From the NCBI GenBank assembly GCA_041752695.1, contig JBGSVZ010000092.1:64001-128000 (forward strand): a DNA stretch of 64,000 bases, read 5' to 3'. Positions 28,996 to 38,911 of the stretch are shown here, one piece after another. Numbering within the stretch: position 1 is the first letter of the stretch; each line of letters begins with the position of its first letter. The notes under the pieces are model-generated. The model was not told the origin of the DNA. It saw nothing but the letters and a program-made list of their open reading frames with translations, and made no database searches. The position numbers and the translations under genes are program-made. The DNA comes from Terrimicrobiaceae bacterium (GTDB taxonomy: Bacteria; Verrucomicrobiota; Verrucomicrobiia; Chthoniobacterales; Terrimicrobiaceae).

Positions 28996-30306
28996 ATGGA
29001 ATCGCGGTATCGGGCGTTGCTTTGGGCGGTTTTTTTCGGAGGATCAGTTGGTCTGATCGCCGCCTTAGTCTCCTATTGGGGAGTGTGGCCAGCCTCCTTG
29101 GCGGCCGCGTTGGCGGGCTTTTATCTGGCTCTCCGAGGGGTGGCTGACCGTGAGGTCGTCAGGAAACAGCAGTTGCTGGAAAAGTACACCGACTCGCTTC
29201 CTGGCATGCTGTACCAGTGCCGGCTTTATCCGAATTTTCACTGCGTCATCACCTACGCGAATAGTGCGCTGGAATGGATTTACGAAAAAGACCTCGCGGA
29301 AATGCAGAAGGATTGTCGATCGATCTTCGACCTGGTCCATCCCGACGACAAAGAGCGGATCTGGAAATCCCTGGGTGAGAGTGCGATTCATCTCACCCCG
29401 TGGAAGGATGAATACCGCGTTTTACTTCCCCGGCAAGGATTGCGCTGGCGTTATGCCCAGGCGCAGGTGGAACGGTTGGTCGACGGCAGCACTCTCTGGC
29501 ATGGCTTTGTCACCGACATTACGTGGCGCAAAGAAAATGACGAACGACTCCAGCAAGCGGAGGCAAAGGAGGCGGAAGCCTTGCGAGCGTCCCGGGATGC
29601 GGCGCAGAAGCTGGCGGAAGATAAGGCCCGATTCCTGGCCGAGATGAGTCATGAAATTCGCACGCCCTTGAGTAGCATTCTGGGATTTGCCCATCTTCTA
29701 AAAACGACGGCCCTGGCTCCTGATCAACTCGATTTCGTCGTGACCATGGAACGTTCCGCCGACCTCCTTCTGGCCATGGTTAACGACACCCTCGATCTTG
29801 CCAAAATTGAAGCCGGACACTTCCAAATCCGCCGCGAGCCCTTCGCCTTGCGAGGATGCATTGAGAGCGCCTTCAAGATGCTGCGCTCACAGGCTTTGCC
29901 GAAGGGCCTGCAATATACTTGCCGAATTGCCGAATCCGTTCCGGATATCTTTGTCGGTGATCGGCTCCGGATTGAGCAGGTGCTTTTGAATTTGGTGGGC
30001 AATGCCATTAAGTATACCGAGCGCGGACGGGTTGAGCTCTCCATCGCATCCGATGGCCCCGGCTTGGTGCGGATTGTTGTCGAGGACTCCGGCCCGGGCC
30101 TGTCTGAAGCGGAGCAAGAGAAGATTTTTTCACCCTACTATCAGGGAGAAAGCCAACAGCGCTGCAGCACCGGCCTTGGCCTGGCCATCACCCGCAATCT
30201 TTGCGAATTGATGGGGGGCTCACTCACCGTGCACAGCGAACCTGGCAAGGGGGCGCGCTTTATCGCGGAAATCGGCGGGCGTGCAGCGCGCAACGCTGAA
30301 CATTGA
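28996..30306 (+). CDS. Membrane PAS-domain sensor histidine kinase without a receiver domain
   Basis: Two TM segments; PAS (VHPDD); MSHEIRTPL; LLNLVGNAIKYT; EDSGPG; TGLGLAI. Confidence 0.88.
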   Translation: MESRYRALLWAVFFGGSVGLIAALVSYWGVWPASLAAALAGFYLALRGVADREVVRKQQLLEKYTDSLPGMLYQCRLYPNFHCVITYANSALEWIYEKDLAEMQKDCRSIFDLVHPDDKERIWKSLGESAIHLTPWKDEYRVLLPRQGLRWRYAQAQVERLVDGSTLWHGFVTDITWRKENDERLQQAEAKEAEALRASRDAAQKLAEDKARFLAEMSHEIRTPLSSILGFAHLLKTTALAPDQLDFVVTMERSADLLLAMVNDTLDLAKIEAGHFQIRREPFALRGCIESAFKMLRSQALPKGLQYTCRIAESVPDIFVGDRLRIEQVLLNLVGNAIKYTERGRVELSIASDGPGLVRIVVEDSGPGLSEAEQEKIFSPYYQGESQQRCSTGLGLAITRNLCELMGGSLTVHSEPGKGARFIAEIGGRAARNAEH

Positions 30307-30381
30307 AGTGCGAGAAGTTCCCAGTCGGCTTCGATCGTGAAAACTTCAGGGTTCGACGTTCGGTTTTGAGAGTTCAGCGTT
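30292..30381. repeat. Second inverted heptamer element
   Basis: Plus strand 30292: AACGCTG AACATTG AAGT. Minus strand from 30381: AACGCTG AACTCTC AAAACCG AACGTCG AACCCTG AAGT. Confidence 0.85.
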
Positions 30382-32839
30382 ACGCCGCCGCCTTGGCGGC
30401 GGATTTTTTCACCGCCGCTTTCCGGGGCTCAAATTCGAACGTCACCTTGTCGGCTTCGAGTTTGAGGAAAGCCGAAAACGGTTTGCCCTTCTTCGAGATG
30501 AAGCGAGGGATGAGGTCGGTCTTGCCTTTCTCAATGAGGTTCATCAATTGCTCGTGCGGGATCTCGCGCTGGCAGATCGTTTTACCCATGCGGAATTTGC
30601 ACTTGCCGACATTGCTGCACTGGTAGGCCGTGCCGGTGTCGTGCACGGTGCCGGATTGGCAGGCCGGGCAGGGGGCGATGACCGGAAGAACTGTAAAGTC
30701 GATGTTCTGTCCGCCGTTGGCGTCATCGCCGAAATCGAACGTCTGTTTAAACTCGGCGTCAATCTTCACCGGGGCAGAAAACGGACGTCCCATCTTGCTG
30801 CGGAATCCCTCTAGGGGTCCGACGCTGCCTTTTTCCAGGAGCGTTTTGACTTCCTCGCGTTCGAGTTCGCGACCGGCCATGTTTTTCCAAACCAGCATGC
30901 CGCACGCTTTGCATTCGTAGGCTTTGTAGGATTCCTTGAAGACGCCTTCCCCGCACTTCGGGCACATGGCTTCGAGGTCGGTGAACTGACCTTCCACGTT
31001 CTCACCGCCAAAGTTTTTTGCCTTACCGACAATGTCTTCGGTGAAGCGGCGGATTTCGTCCATGAATTGCGGGCGCGGGATCCCGCCCTGCTCCATCTGT
31101 TTAAGTTTGAATTCCCATTCGCCGGTCATTTCGGGCGAGGTGAGGGACTGGATGCCGATGCCGCGGAGAAGGTTGATTAACGACAAGCCTTTTTGGGTGA
31201 CGATGAGATCGCGGCCCTGTCGGTTAAGGTAACCATCCAGGAGCAGGCCTTCGATGGTTTGCGCGCGGGTCGCGGGCGTGCCAAGGCCCCGTTGGCTCAT
31301 GGCTTCGCGCAGCTCTTCGTCATCGACCAATTTGCCCGCGCCTTCCATGGCTGAGAGCAGGGTCGCTTCGGAAAAACGGGCGGGCGGTTTGGTCTGGCTT
31401 TCCTTGATTTCGAGGGCGGTGGTTTGCACGGTCTCGCCGGGCTTGACCACGCAGAGAGTTTGTTCGTCCCCGGCCGCGGCCTGCTTGCCATAGACGGCGA
31501 GCCAGCCTGGATCCACGATGATCTTGCCGTCGCTGCGGAAGGCTTCGTTTTCCACCCGGGTGATGCGGGTGGTGACTTCAAATTGGGCTGGCGGATAAAA
31601 GACCGCGACAAACCGCCTGGCCACCATCTCAAAGATCTTGTACTCGAACTCGTCGAGGCTCTTGGTGGAAACACCAGTCGGGATAATGGCGTGGTGATCG
31701 CTCACCTTGGCGTCGTTGAAGATGCGTTTGTTCGGTTTCACCCAGCCCTGCGAAAGGGCCTTGTGCGCGTGCTCGGAGAGGGCGGTGTCGTCAAACTTCG
31801 TGAAGGCCGACTTCACGTTGCTCACGTAATCCTCGGGCAAATAGCGGGAATCCGTTCGGGGATAGGTCAGCACCTTGTGCTTCTCATAAAGAGCCTGCGC
31901 AATTTGCAGCGTGCGTTTCGCGCTGAGCGAAAACCGGGAATTCGCTTCGCGCTGAAGCGTGGTCAGATCGTAAAGCTGGGGAGAAGCTTGCGTGGTGGGT
32001 TTTTTCTCCTCCTCGACCGTGCCGGTTTTGCCCGCACATTTTTCCCCGATGGCTTCCGCCTGCGCCTTGTCCCAGATCCGTTCAGCCCGGGCGTCTTCTT
32101 CCGCGCCTTTTTTGAATTTCTCATCGAACCAGCGCCCGCGGTAGTTTCCGGCAGCGACACCGAAGTCGCCGAACACTTCAAAATACGTGCGTGGTTTAAA
32201 CTCCCGGATCTTCGTCTCCCGCTCGGCGAGGATAGCGAGGGTGGGCGTCTGCACCCGCCCCACGGGGGTAAGCTGAAAACCTCCGCCCTTTGAATTGAAG
32301 GCCGTCATGGCACGGGTGCCATTGATGCCGACGAGCCAGTCACTTTCGCTGCGACAGACGGCAGCGTCAGCTAGGGGGACCATCTCCTTGCCTTCGCGAA
32401 GTTCGCTGAACGCCGTGCGGATGGCTTCCGGCGTCATGCTTTGCAACCAGAGCCGTCGGGTGGGCTTCTGACTGCCGGCCAGTTTGATCAAATAATGAAA
32501 AATCAATTCGCCCTCGCGGCCGGCGTCGCAGGCGTTGATGACTTCGGTGATGTCCGCGCGCTTCAGGAGACGTTTGATCAACTTGAAGCGCGACTCGGTT
32601 TTTTCTATCGGCTTGAGGTCAAACTCCGGCGGAATAATCGGCAGATTGGCGAAACTCCACTTGCCGCGTTTTTTGTCCATCTCGCCGGGCAGACACAACT
32701 CGACCAGATGGCCGATGGCGGAAGTTATTACGTACTCGTCGTTTTCGAAGATGTCGTCCTTTTTGGGGACCTTCCCAAGGACACGCGCAAGGTCGGCGGC
32801 GACACTGGGTTTTTCGGCGATGACGAGGGCTTTGGACAT
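30380..32839 (-). CDS. topB: Type IA DNA topoisomerase (topoisomerase III type)
   Basis: [46 protein letters not shown]-terminal repeats with F.SK.G.PFSA. Confidence 0.88.
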   Translation of the reverse strand: MSKALVIAEKPSVAADLARVLGKVPKKDDIFENDEYVITSAIGHLVELCLPGEMDKKRGKWSFANLPIIPPEFDLKPIEKTESRFKLIKRLLKRADITEVINACDAGREGELIFHYLIKLAGSQKPTRRLWLQSMTPEAIRTAFSELREGKEMVPLADAAVCRSESDWLVGINGTRAMTAFNSKGGGFQLTPVGRVQTPTLAILAERETKIREFKPRTYFEVFGDFGVAAGNYRGRWFDEKFKKGAEEDARAERIWDKAQAEAIGEKCAGKTGTVEEEKKPTTQASPQLYDLTTLQREANSRFSLSAKRTLQIAQALYEKHKVLTYPRTDSRYLPEDYVSNVKSAFTKFDDTALSEHAHKALSQGWVKPNKRIFNDAKVSDHHAIIPTGVSTKSLDEFEYKIFEMVARRFVAVFYPPAQFEVTTRITRVENEAFRSDGKIIVDPGWLAVYGKQAAAGDEQTLCVVKPGETVQTTALEIKESQTKPPARFSEATLLSAMEGAGKLVDDEELREAMSQRGLGTPATRAQTIEGLLLDGYLNRQGRDLIVTQKGLSLINLLRGIGIQSLTSPEMTGEWEFKLKQMEQGGIPRPQFMDEIRRFTEDIVGKAKNFGGENVEGQFTDLEAMCPKCGEGVFKESYKAYECKACGMLVWKNMAGRELEREEVKTLLEKGSVGPLEGFRSKMGRPFSAPVKIDAEFKQTFDFGDDANGGQNIDFTVLPVIAPCPACQSGTVHDTGTAYQCSNVGKCKFRMGKTICQREIPHEQLMNLIEKGKTDLIPRFISKKGKPFSAFLKLEADKVTFEFEPRKAAVKKSAAKAAA

Positions 32840-32846
32840 TTTTTCT

Positions 32847-33935
32847 TTAATTCAGCTTCACAAAACGGCTGCCCGGCAATTGCTTCACCAGCCTGCGCAT
32901 TTCAAGGGCGAGCAAAGTAGAAGACACTTGTGGGGTTGGCAACCCGCATTTGGTAATGATGTCGTCGAGGGACGTTTCGTCGTCGCCGATTGCGTTGCGG
33001 ACCGTTTCCTCCAGAGAGGTCAGATCTGCGGCGGGTTTCGGGCCCGAGAGGGTGGGCTCTTCGGAAAAGAGGAGTCCGAGGTCGTCGAGAATGTCCTGCG
33101 CGCTCATCACGAGCTTCGCTCCTTGTTGGATGAGACGGTTGGACCCAATGGACTTCGGGTTGTCGATGCGTCCTGGCACCGCGTAAATCGAGCGCCCCTG
33201 TTCTCCCGCCTGCGTTGCACTGATCAGGGAACCGCTGGTCGTACCGGCTTCAATAACCACCAGCCCCGAAGAAAGCCCGCTGATGATCCGGTTGCGCATG
33301 GGAAAGGTCTGACGGTCGGCCTTCGTCTGCATCGGGAATTCGGTGATCACGGCACCGCCCCCATCGGCAATCTTGTCGGCCAGTTCGGCATTTTCCGGGG
33401 GATACAAATATTCCAGCCCGCTGCCGAGGACGGCGATGGTTTTGCCCTTGGCGGCCAGCGCAGCCTGGTGCGCCGCGGTGTCGATGCCACGCGCCAGTCC
33501 GCTGGCCACGGTGAGGCCGGCGTAGGCGAGTTGGTAGGACAGTTTTTTCGCGCACTCCGCCGCGTAGTGAGAGGGTTTGCGCGTGCCGACGATTCCTATG
33601 ATCGGCGCGACGGGTAACTCGCCGCGCACGTAGAGAACGATTGGCGGGTCATGGATTTCCGACAGCATTTGCGGATACTCCGGGTCGGCCATGGTCACGA
33701 TGGTCGCTCCGGCGCTGGCCGCACGGGCGATCTCCGCGGCGGGATCGGAGTGTTTGTCCCAGTTAATGATCGAGTCGGCGACCTCGCCTCCGATGCCGGA
33801 AACCTGGCGCAGTTCCGCCGGTTTGGCGGTGAGGACAGCGGCGGGAGTGCCGAAAAGACGAAGCAGTTTCCGCACGCGGACGGGGCCGATGCGCGGCAGC
33901 ATGTTCAGCGCGATAAAGGCCTCCGTGTCGGTCAT
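32847..33935 (-). CDS. dprA: DNA processing protein DprA
   Basis: [50 protein letters not shown]-terminal winged helix. Confidence 0.95.
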   Translation of the reverse strand: MTDTEAFIALNMLPRIGPVRVRKLLRLFGTPAAVLTAKPAELRQVSGIGGEVADSIINWDKHSDPAAEIARAASAGATIVTMADPEYPQMLSEIHDPPIVLYVRGELPVAPIIGIVGTRKPSHYAAECAKKLSYQLAYAGLTVASGLARGIDTAAHQAALAAKGKTIAVLGSGLEYLYPPENAELADKIADGGGAVITEFPMQTKADRQTFPMRNRIISGLSSGLVVIEAGTTSGSLISATQAGEQGRSIYAVPGRIDNPKSIGSNRLIQQGAKLVMSAQDILDDLGLLFSEEPTLSGPKPAADLTSLEETVRNAIGDDETSLDDIITKCGLPTPQVSSTLLALEMRRLVKQLPGSRFVKLN

Positions 33936-33984
33936 GCGTGTGCTTTAACCACTTTCGGCGGGCGTGCAATGAAATGGTATCGAG

Positions 33985-34665
33985 TCACCGGCGTAAAAAA
34001 CGGATCCACAGAATATCCAAGCCAAAGAGGAAGAGAAAAATTCCACCAATCACCCAGACTATCGTCATGACATTATCCGGATGTCGCTTGAGACTCGCTT
34101 CAACCATTTTAACGCCTTCTTCAGCTTTGACGGCCGATTCACGGAGGGAGGTGCTTTCGCGTTGGTCGTTTTCGTCGGGCGTGTAGAACGCGAGATTTCC
34201 CGCCTTATCCTTGTACGCCACGGTCAAACCGTACACGCGAAAGGCGGCGCGTGCCATTCTTCGTCGTTCTTCTTCTGTCTCTCCGGAGAGGGCTCGTTCC
34301 GAAATTGAGTGGATGTAAAAATTTTCATGGCGGTAGGGGGTATAAATGAATTTGGTTAGTCCTTGGGCGGCCGTAATTTGATAGCGGATGAGCAAACCCA
34401 TCGTGACGAATAACGATCCGAGAAGGACGAAATTCAAAGCATGATACCCGTTCTCTTTCAGTGATGCGCGGAGGGAAAAATAGGCAGTTCCAACCAAGCA
34501 AACTGCAGAGGCAATTACCAAACATCCCGCAACGAAGTCCGTGCGCAGGATATCAGGCACGAGATGTTTTGAGCTCCACAAAATGGCGCCAAGCAATATG
34601 GCGGCCAAGGCGAAGTAGGCTTGAGGTCTCCACATGAATGCTGGGGTAGCGGGTTTGTCGGGCAA
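33985..34665 (-). CDS. Hypothetical multi-pass membrane protein (alternative ATG start at 34635)
   Basis: Three N-terminal and one C-terminal hydrophobic segments; the DNA is visibly more AT-rich than its flanks. Confidence 0.7.
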   Translation of the reverse strand: MPDKPATPAFMWRPQAYFALAAILLGAILWSSKHLVPDILRTDFVAGCLVIASAVCLVGTAYFSLRASLKENGYHALNFVLLGSLFVTMGLLIRYQITAAQGLTKFIYTPYRHENFYIHSISERALSGETEEERRRMARAAFRVYGLTVAYKDKAGNLAFYTPDENDQRESTSLRESAVKAEEGVKMVEASLKRHPDNVMTIVWVIGGIFLFLFGLDILWIRFLRR

Positions 34666-34781
34666 GACAAGGACTCATTCAGCGACACGTGACCTCGGGC
34701 CGAACCATCAGACGATTGCGTGAAACCCTGAATTTGAGATCTCATGACGCAAGGCAGCCATAGCACCTTTCCGAAGAAGGT

Positions 34782-34809
34782 TTGACAGAAAAGAAAGATC
34801 TGACATACT
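34782..34809 (+). promoter_or_regulatory. Candidate leaderless sigma70 promoter of the vapBC operon
   Basis: TTGACA, 16 nt, CATACT, 6 nt, then ATG at 34816; TGACA occurs twice as a direct repeat. Confidence 0.55.
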
Positions 34810-34815
34810 TCTTTC

Positions 34816-35088
34816 ATGCAGACAACGCTGCGAATAAACGATCAGCTTTACCGCAGAGCAAAGTCAGAGGCTGCGCGCGAGGGAGTTACGCTCACGCGCT
34901 TTCTGGAGGAAGGCATCCGGCTCCGCTTGGAGCAGCGGTCCGCTCGAAGCGTGGTGCAACCAGTCTTCCGTATCTTTAAAGGCAAGGTGGATTCGTCCGT
35001 GTCTTGGGAGCACATCGATCGTGTGGCTGATGAGGAACTGGAGACCCATGATCGCGCCAAGCTCGGGCTGAGTCCTGCCACGTCGTAA
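34816..35088 (+). CDS. VapB-like ribbon-helix-helix antitoxin
   Basis: MQTTLRINDQLYRRAK..AA..G.TLT.F.EE; stop/start overlap (TAATG) with a PIN gene. Confidence 0.8.
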   Translation: MQTTLRINDQLYRRAKSEAAREGVTLTRFLEEGIRLRLEQRSARSVVQPVFRIFKGKVDSSVSWEHIDRVADEELETHDRAKLGLSPATS

Positions 35089-35531
35089 TGTCTCTGTTTT
35101 TGCCCGATGCGAATGTCTTGATTCATGCCCTGCGTCGGGGTTCCCCGCACCATGAAACCTGCCGCAAGTGGTTGGTGCAGGCTGCCGCTAATGGCGATGA
35201 GATTGGCCTGACAGAATTGGTCGAGACCGCGCTTCTCCGGATCTGCACGTTACCCCGGCTACAATTGGTGCCGATGCGGGAAACGTTGGGTTTCTGGCGG
35301 GAGGATTTGTGGGGTTATCAAGGCACTCGGCGTCTCAACGCCGGATCGCGGCACGCGGACATCCTGTTCCGGATTCTGATCGATTTGAAACTGGTGGGAA
35401 ACGACGTGAACGACGCCTGGCTGGCTGCACTGGCGATGGAGCATCAGGCGACGCTGGTGAGCACGGACGTGGGTTTTGCGCGGTTCTCCGGTGTTCGCTG
35501 GCTGAATCCCCAGGCTTACGATGAACCCTGA
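35088..35531 (+). CDS. vapC: VapC PIN-domain toxin
   Basis: LPDANVLIHA, DAWLAALAME, LVSTD..FARF. Confidence 0.87.
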   Translation: MSLFLPDANVLIHALRRGSPHHETCRKWLVQAAANGDEIGLTELVETALLRICTLPRLQLVPMRETLGFWREDLWGYQGTRRLNAGSRHADILFRILIDLKLVGNDVNDAWLAALAMEHQATLVSTDVGFARFSGVRWLNPQAYDEP

Positions 35532-35534
35532 CCT

Positions 35535-36572
35535 TCACTGCGATCTGGCCTTCAGTTCATGCCGTACTGCATCCTGCGGCAGCTCCAGCCAGTCGAGCGA
35601 AGTTGTGGTGATCAGCTTCTGCGCATCCGGCGGAAGGGCTGCCAGCAGGTTATTGCGGCGCAGGGGGTCGAGTTCGCCAAAGACATCGTCGATGAGATAG
35701 AGCGGCGGTCTGCTGGAGGCGGTTTCCAAGGCCCGGGCCTGGGCGAGTTTCAGCGCCAGGGCCACGGAACGCTGCTGGCCTTCGGAGGCGAAGGTGGCGG
35801 CTTTGCGGCCTTCCAGGGTGATCTCCACATCGTCGCGGTGGGGGCCGACCACCGTGGCGCGGAGACGGATTTCCTCGTCGCGGCTGGCTTCGAGGGCCGC
35901 AGCGAAATCCGGTCCACTTCCGGGACGGTAGGTGATCTCCAGGGTTTCGTGGCCGCCGGAGATCTGCCGACAGGCAGCGGTGACTGCGGGGCGCAGGGCC
36001 TGGCAAAGTTCTGCGCGGGCGGCCAGCAGAACCGCGCCGGCCTCGAGGAGGGAGGGATCAAAGGAGGCGATTTCGCGACGCGGACGGTTGTCCTTGAGCA
36101 GGGCATTGCGAGAACGCAGGGCGCGTTCGTAGGAGCGAAGCTTAGGCAGGTAGTCGTCGACGATCTGCGCGCCGAGGAAATCCAGGTACCGCCGGCGCTG
36201 CGTGCCGGAGCCGCGCACGAGTTGCAGGTCGTCGTTGGAAATCCACGCCACCCGGGCGACGGCGAGGTAGTCGGACGAGCGCGATTGCGGTTTCGAATCG
36301 AGCGCGAACGCCTTGAGCGCGCCGGCGAACTTCACGTGCATGTGGCGCTCGTTCCAGTGTCCGTCCAGCCCGAAGCCTGGGTGGTCGAACCGCACTGCGT
36401 CGGCCAGGGTTGTGGTGCGCGGCGATTGCAGGCGCAGTAAAATGCAGGCGGCCTCGAGCAGCGAGGTTTTGCCCCGGGCGTTGGGACCGATGATGAAATT
36501 CAGCCCGGGCGAGGGACGAAATTCCATCTGATCGAAACAGCGGAAGTCCCGCAGCCAAAGGTCGCGCAGCAT
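35535..36572 (-). CDS. recF: DNA replication and repair protein RecF
   Basis: GPNARGKTSLLEA, RRRYLD, VGPHRDD, ASEGQQRS, LIDDVFGELD. Confidence 0.93.
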   Translation of the reverse strand: MLRDLWLRDFRCFDQMEFRPSPGLNFIIGPNARGKTSLLEAACILLRLQSPRTTTLADAVRFDHPGFGLDGHWNERHMHVKFAGALKAFALDSKPQSRSSDYLAVARVAWISNDDLQLVRGSGTQRRRYLDFLGAQIVDDYLPKLRSYERALRSRNALLKDNRPRREIASFDPSLLEAGAVLLAARAELCQALRPAVTAACRQISGGHETLEITYRPGSGPDFAAALEASRDEEIRLRATVVGPHRDDVEITLEGRKAATFASEGQQRSVALALKLAQARALETASSRPPLYLIDDVFGELDPLRRNNLLAALPPDAQKLITTTSLDWLELPQDAVRHELKARSQ

Positions 36573-36654
36573 GCGTTAGAAAGGGAGAGAGGTGGCGCGG
36601 AACACTCCCGCCGTGGTATCATCGCCCCTCCACCCGATACAATATCCATTCCTC

Positions 36655-37905
36655 ATGCCCGCTCCTTCGTTAACCCGCATGCGCTCGCTCGCCACCGGGC
36701 TGCTCGTCGCAATGGTGGTGGTTTTTGCCTTGGCGAAAACTTTCGAGCCGACCTACCCGCTGCTTGGCTGGGTGAGGGCCTTCGCCGAGGCCGCGATGGT
36801 GGGTGCGCTGGCGGACTGGTTTGCGGTGGTCGCGCTTTTCCGGCAGCCGCTCGGCCTCCCGATTCCGCATACGGCCGTGATCCCCCGGCGCAAAAACCAG
36901 ATCGCTGCCAACCTCGCCTCCTTCGTGCAGGACAATTTTCTCAGCGCGGAAAAGATCACCGAAAAACTTCGCAACGCCGACACCGCCCGTCGGCTGGCCG
37001 AATGGTTGGCCAATGAAACCAACGCCGACCTCCTCGCCCGCAAATTCACCGCCGGCCTTCCGCGCCTCCTCGATGCCCTCGACGAAGACGGAATGCGGCG
37101 GTTTCTGCGCGACCAGGCGGTGACCCAGATCCGTCGCGTCCCGCTCGCCCCGCTGGCGGGAAAATTTCTCGGCGTGCTTTCGGAAAATGGACGCGACCAG
37201 GAACTGCTCGACCAGGCCTTGCGCATCACCCGACAGGCCGTGGGCGAAAACACTGCCCTCATCAAAACCAAGATCGCCGAAGAGCTGGCCATCATTCCCG
37301 ACTTCCCGGGCGTGGCGGAACTCAAGGGAGCCCTCTGCCGCAGCCTGTCGGAGAAGATCGTCGAGAAAGTCCAGGGCACCCTCGACGATATCCTCGCCGA
37401 CCCGCGGCATGTGGTCCGCGCGCAATTCGACGAACGCCTCGCGCTGTTTGTCGAGGATCTGAAAAAATCCCCCGACATGGCCGCGCGCGCCGAACAGCTC
37501 AAGGAGAGTTTCCTCGCCAACACCACCCTCATTTCCTCCCTCGACGCCCTGTGGTCCGCCCTGAAAAACGAACTCCTCGCCGACCTCGCCAACGAAAATT
37601 CCCGCATCCATCACCAACTCGCCACCACACTCCGCCAGATCGGCACCACCGTCGGATCCGATGAGGCCTTTCGCGCCAAACTTGAAAACTGGATCGACCA
37701 GACCGTGCAAAAAATCCTCGCCACCCACGGTCACGAAATCGGCAACATGATCCGCGAGACCGTCGAAAGCTGGGACGGCAAGGAAGTGGCGGAAAAGCTG
37801 GAAGCCCAGGTCGGCGGCGACCTCCAGTTCATCCGCATCAATGGCACGCTGGTGGGCGGGCTGGTCGGCGTGGTGATCCACGCGGTAAGCAGGGTCGTTT
37901 GGTGA
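36655..37905 (+). CDS. DUF445 family membrane protein
   Basis: AEAAMVGALADWFAVVALFR, PIPHTA, DLQFIRINGTLVGG. Confidence 0.9.
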   Translation: MPAPSLTRMRSLATGLLVAMVVVFALAKTFEPTYPLLGWVRAFAEAAMVGALADWFAVVALFRQPLGLPIPHTAVIPRRKNQIAANLASFVQDNFLSAEKITEKLRNADTARRLAEWLANETNADLLARKFTAGLPRLLDALDEDGMRRFLRDQAVTQIRRVPLAPLAGKFLGVLSENGRDQELLDQALRITRQAVGENTALIKTKIAEELAIIPDFPGVAELKGALCRSLSEKIVEKVQGTLDDILADPRHVVRAQFDERLALFVEDLKKSPDMAARAEQLKESFLANTTLISSLDALWSALKNELLADLANENSRIHHQLATTLRQIGTTVGSDEAFRAKLENWIDQTVQKILATHGHEIGNMIRETVESWDGKEVAEKLEAQVGGDLQFIRINGTLVGGLVGVVIHAVSRVVW

Positions 37906-37914
37906 ACGTCCGGG

Positions 37915-37970
37915 GTCGGAGTTCAGGCTTGCGCCTGGTTTTCTGGGCAGGCCGAAGGCTGGACTCCAAC
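37915..37970. repeat. REP-like imperfect inverted repeat between convergent genes
   Basis: GTCGGAGTTCAGGCTT (37915-37930) and AAGGCTGGACTCCAAC (37955-37970), 13/16 complementary. Confidence 0.65.
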
Positions 37971-37990
37971 GGCGGCGGGAGATGCCCGGG

Positions 37991-38365
37991 CTAGTCCGAC
38001 TCCCGCTCCATCAATAACCGATCCGCGAGGTCTTTGGCGGACACTTCTAAACCTTCAAAATCCGCATCCCAGTTTGGGCCGGCCAGCACGTCGTCGGCGT
38101 CCATGCCTTGCAGCCAGGCGTCGATAAAATCGTCAAACTCGATTTCGGTGGGAACATGGCCGGACCATTCTTCCGTGCAGTGGACGGCGGCCGCGTCGCG
38201 GTCGGACCAGAAGAGGATCACGTCCGTATCTTCAAATTCATCGGAGGGGCTGTTCGCCCAGCCTTCGGATTCCGAATACAGGCCCCAGATGATCCGGGTG
38301 TCCGCCACACGCTGAATAAACCGATCGTAGCTTCTTTCCGAGGAGGGATCGTGGTCTTGGGTCAT
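37991..38365 (-). CDS. DUF2750 family protein
   Basis: Acidic 124 aa; IWGL, FWSD, EEW, WLQGM..DD...GPNW. Confidence 0.78.
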   Translation of the reverse strand: MTQDHDPSSERSYDRFIQRVADTRIIWGLYSESEGWANSPSDEFEDTDVILFWSDRDAAAVHCTEEWSGHVPTEIEFDDFIDAWLQGMDADDVLAGPNWDADFEGLEVSAKDLADRLLMERESD

Positions 38366-38478
38366 GCGGCTTTTTTACAGGAGGGCCGGCGTGGCGTCGA
38401 GGGAGGAGGTGGTTTTCTCGTCGGGCATCGAGCCGTTCCTGGGTGACATTCGGTCGTTTTGAGATATCGGTTGCGGGC

Positions 38479-38889
38479 ATGAAGCTCCTGGTGATTCTCT
38501 CGGCCGTGCTCGTATGTGGCTTGGTGTCTGGCTGCAACCTAAAGGAAAAGTACGCGATCAATAACCAGAAGGCCGATCAGTGGCTGGCCGCGCAGCAGGG
38601 AGGCGGGGGAATTAATATCGGAGGATCGTGGGAGTCGCGGGAGTTCGGGTGGGGGGCGATCCGTTTTGAACAGGAAGGCTCAAAAATCAGCGGCGCGATG
38701 GGAAACTACACCACACGGGGCTCCGCCAGCGGTTCGCGGGTATATCTCGCGCTCAGCTCCAACGGGTATGTGCATTACACCGCGGTCCTGAAGAAGAGTG
38801 GCAACACGCTGGCGGGTTTTTATTCGCCTTCGGTGCCTTTCAGCCAGGCCGACCAGTCTGCGGTGAACCTTTATCGGGTCGGGAATTAG
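38479..38889 (+). CDS. Hypothetical lipoprotein
   Basis: MKLLVILSAVLVCGLVSGC lipobox; beta-rich body. Confidence 0.75.
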   Translation: MKLLVILSAVLVCGLVSGCNLKEKYAINNQKADQWLAAQQGGGGINIGGSWESREFGWGAIRFEQEGSKISGAMGNYTTRGSASGSRVYLALSSNGYVHYTAVLKKSGNTLAGFYSPSVPFSQADQSAVNLYRVGN

Positions 38890-38911
38890 GCAAGCGCGCA
38901 TCGCGGGTGGC

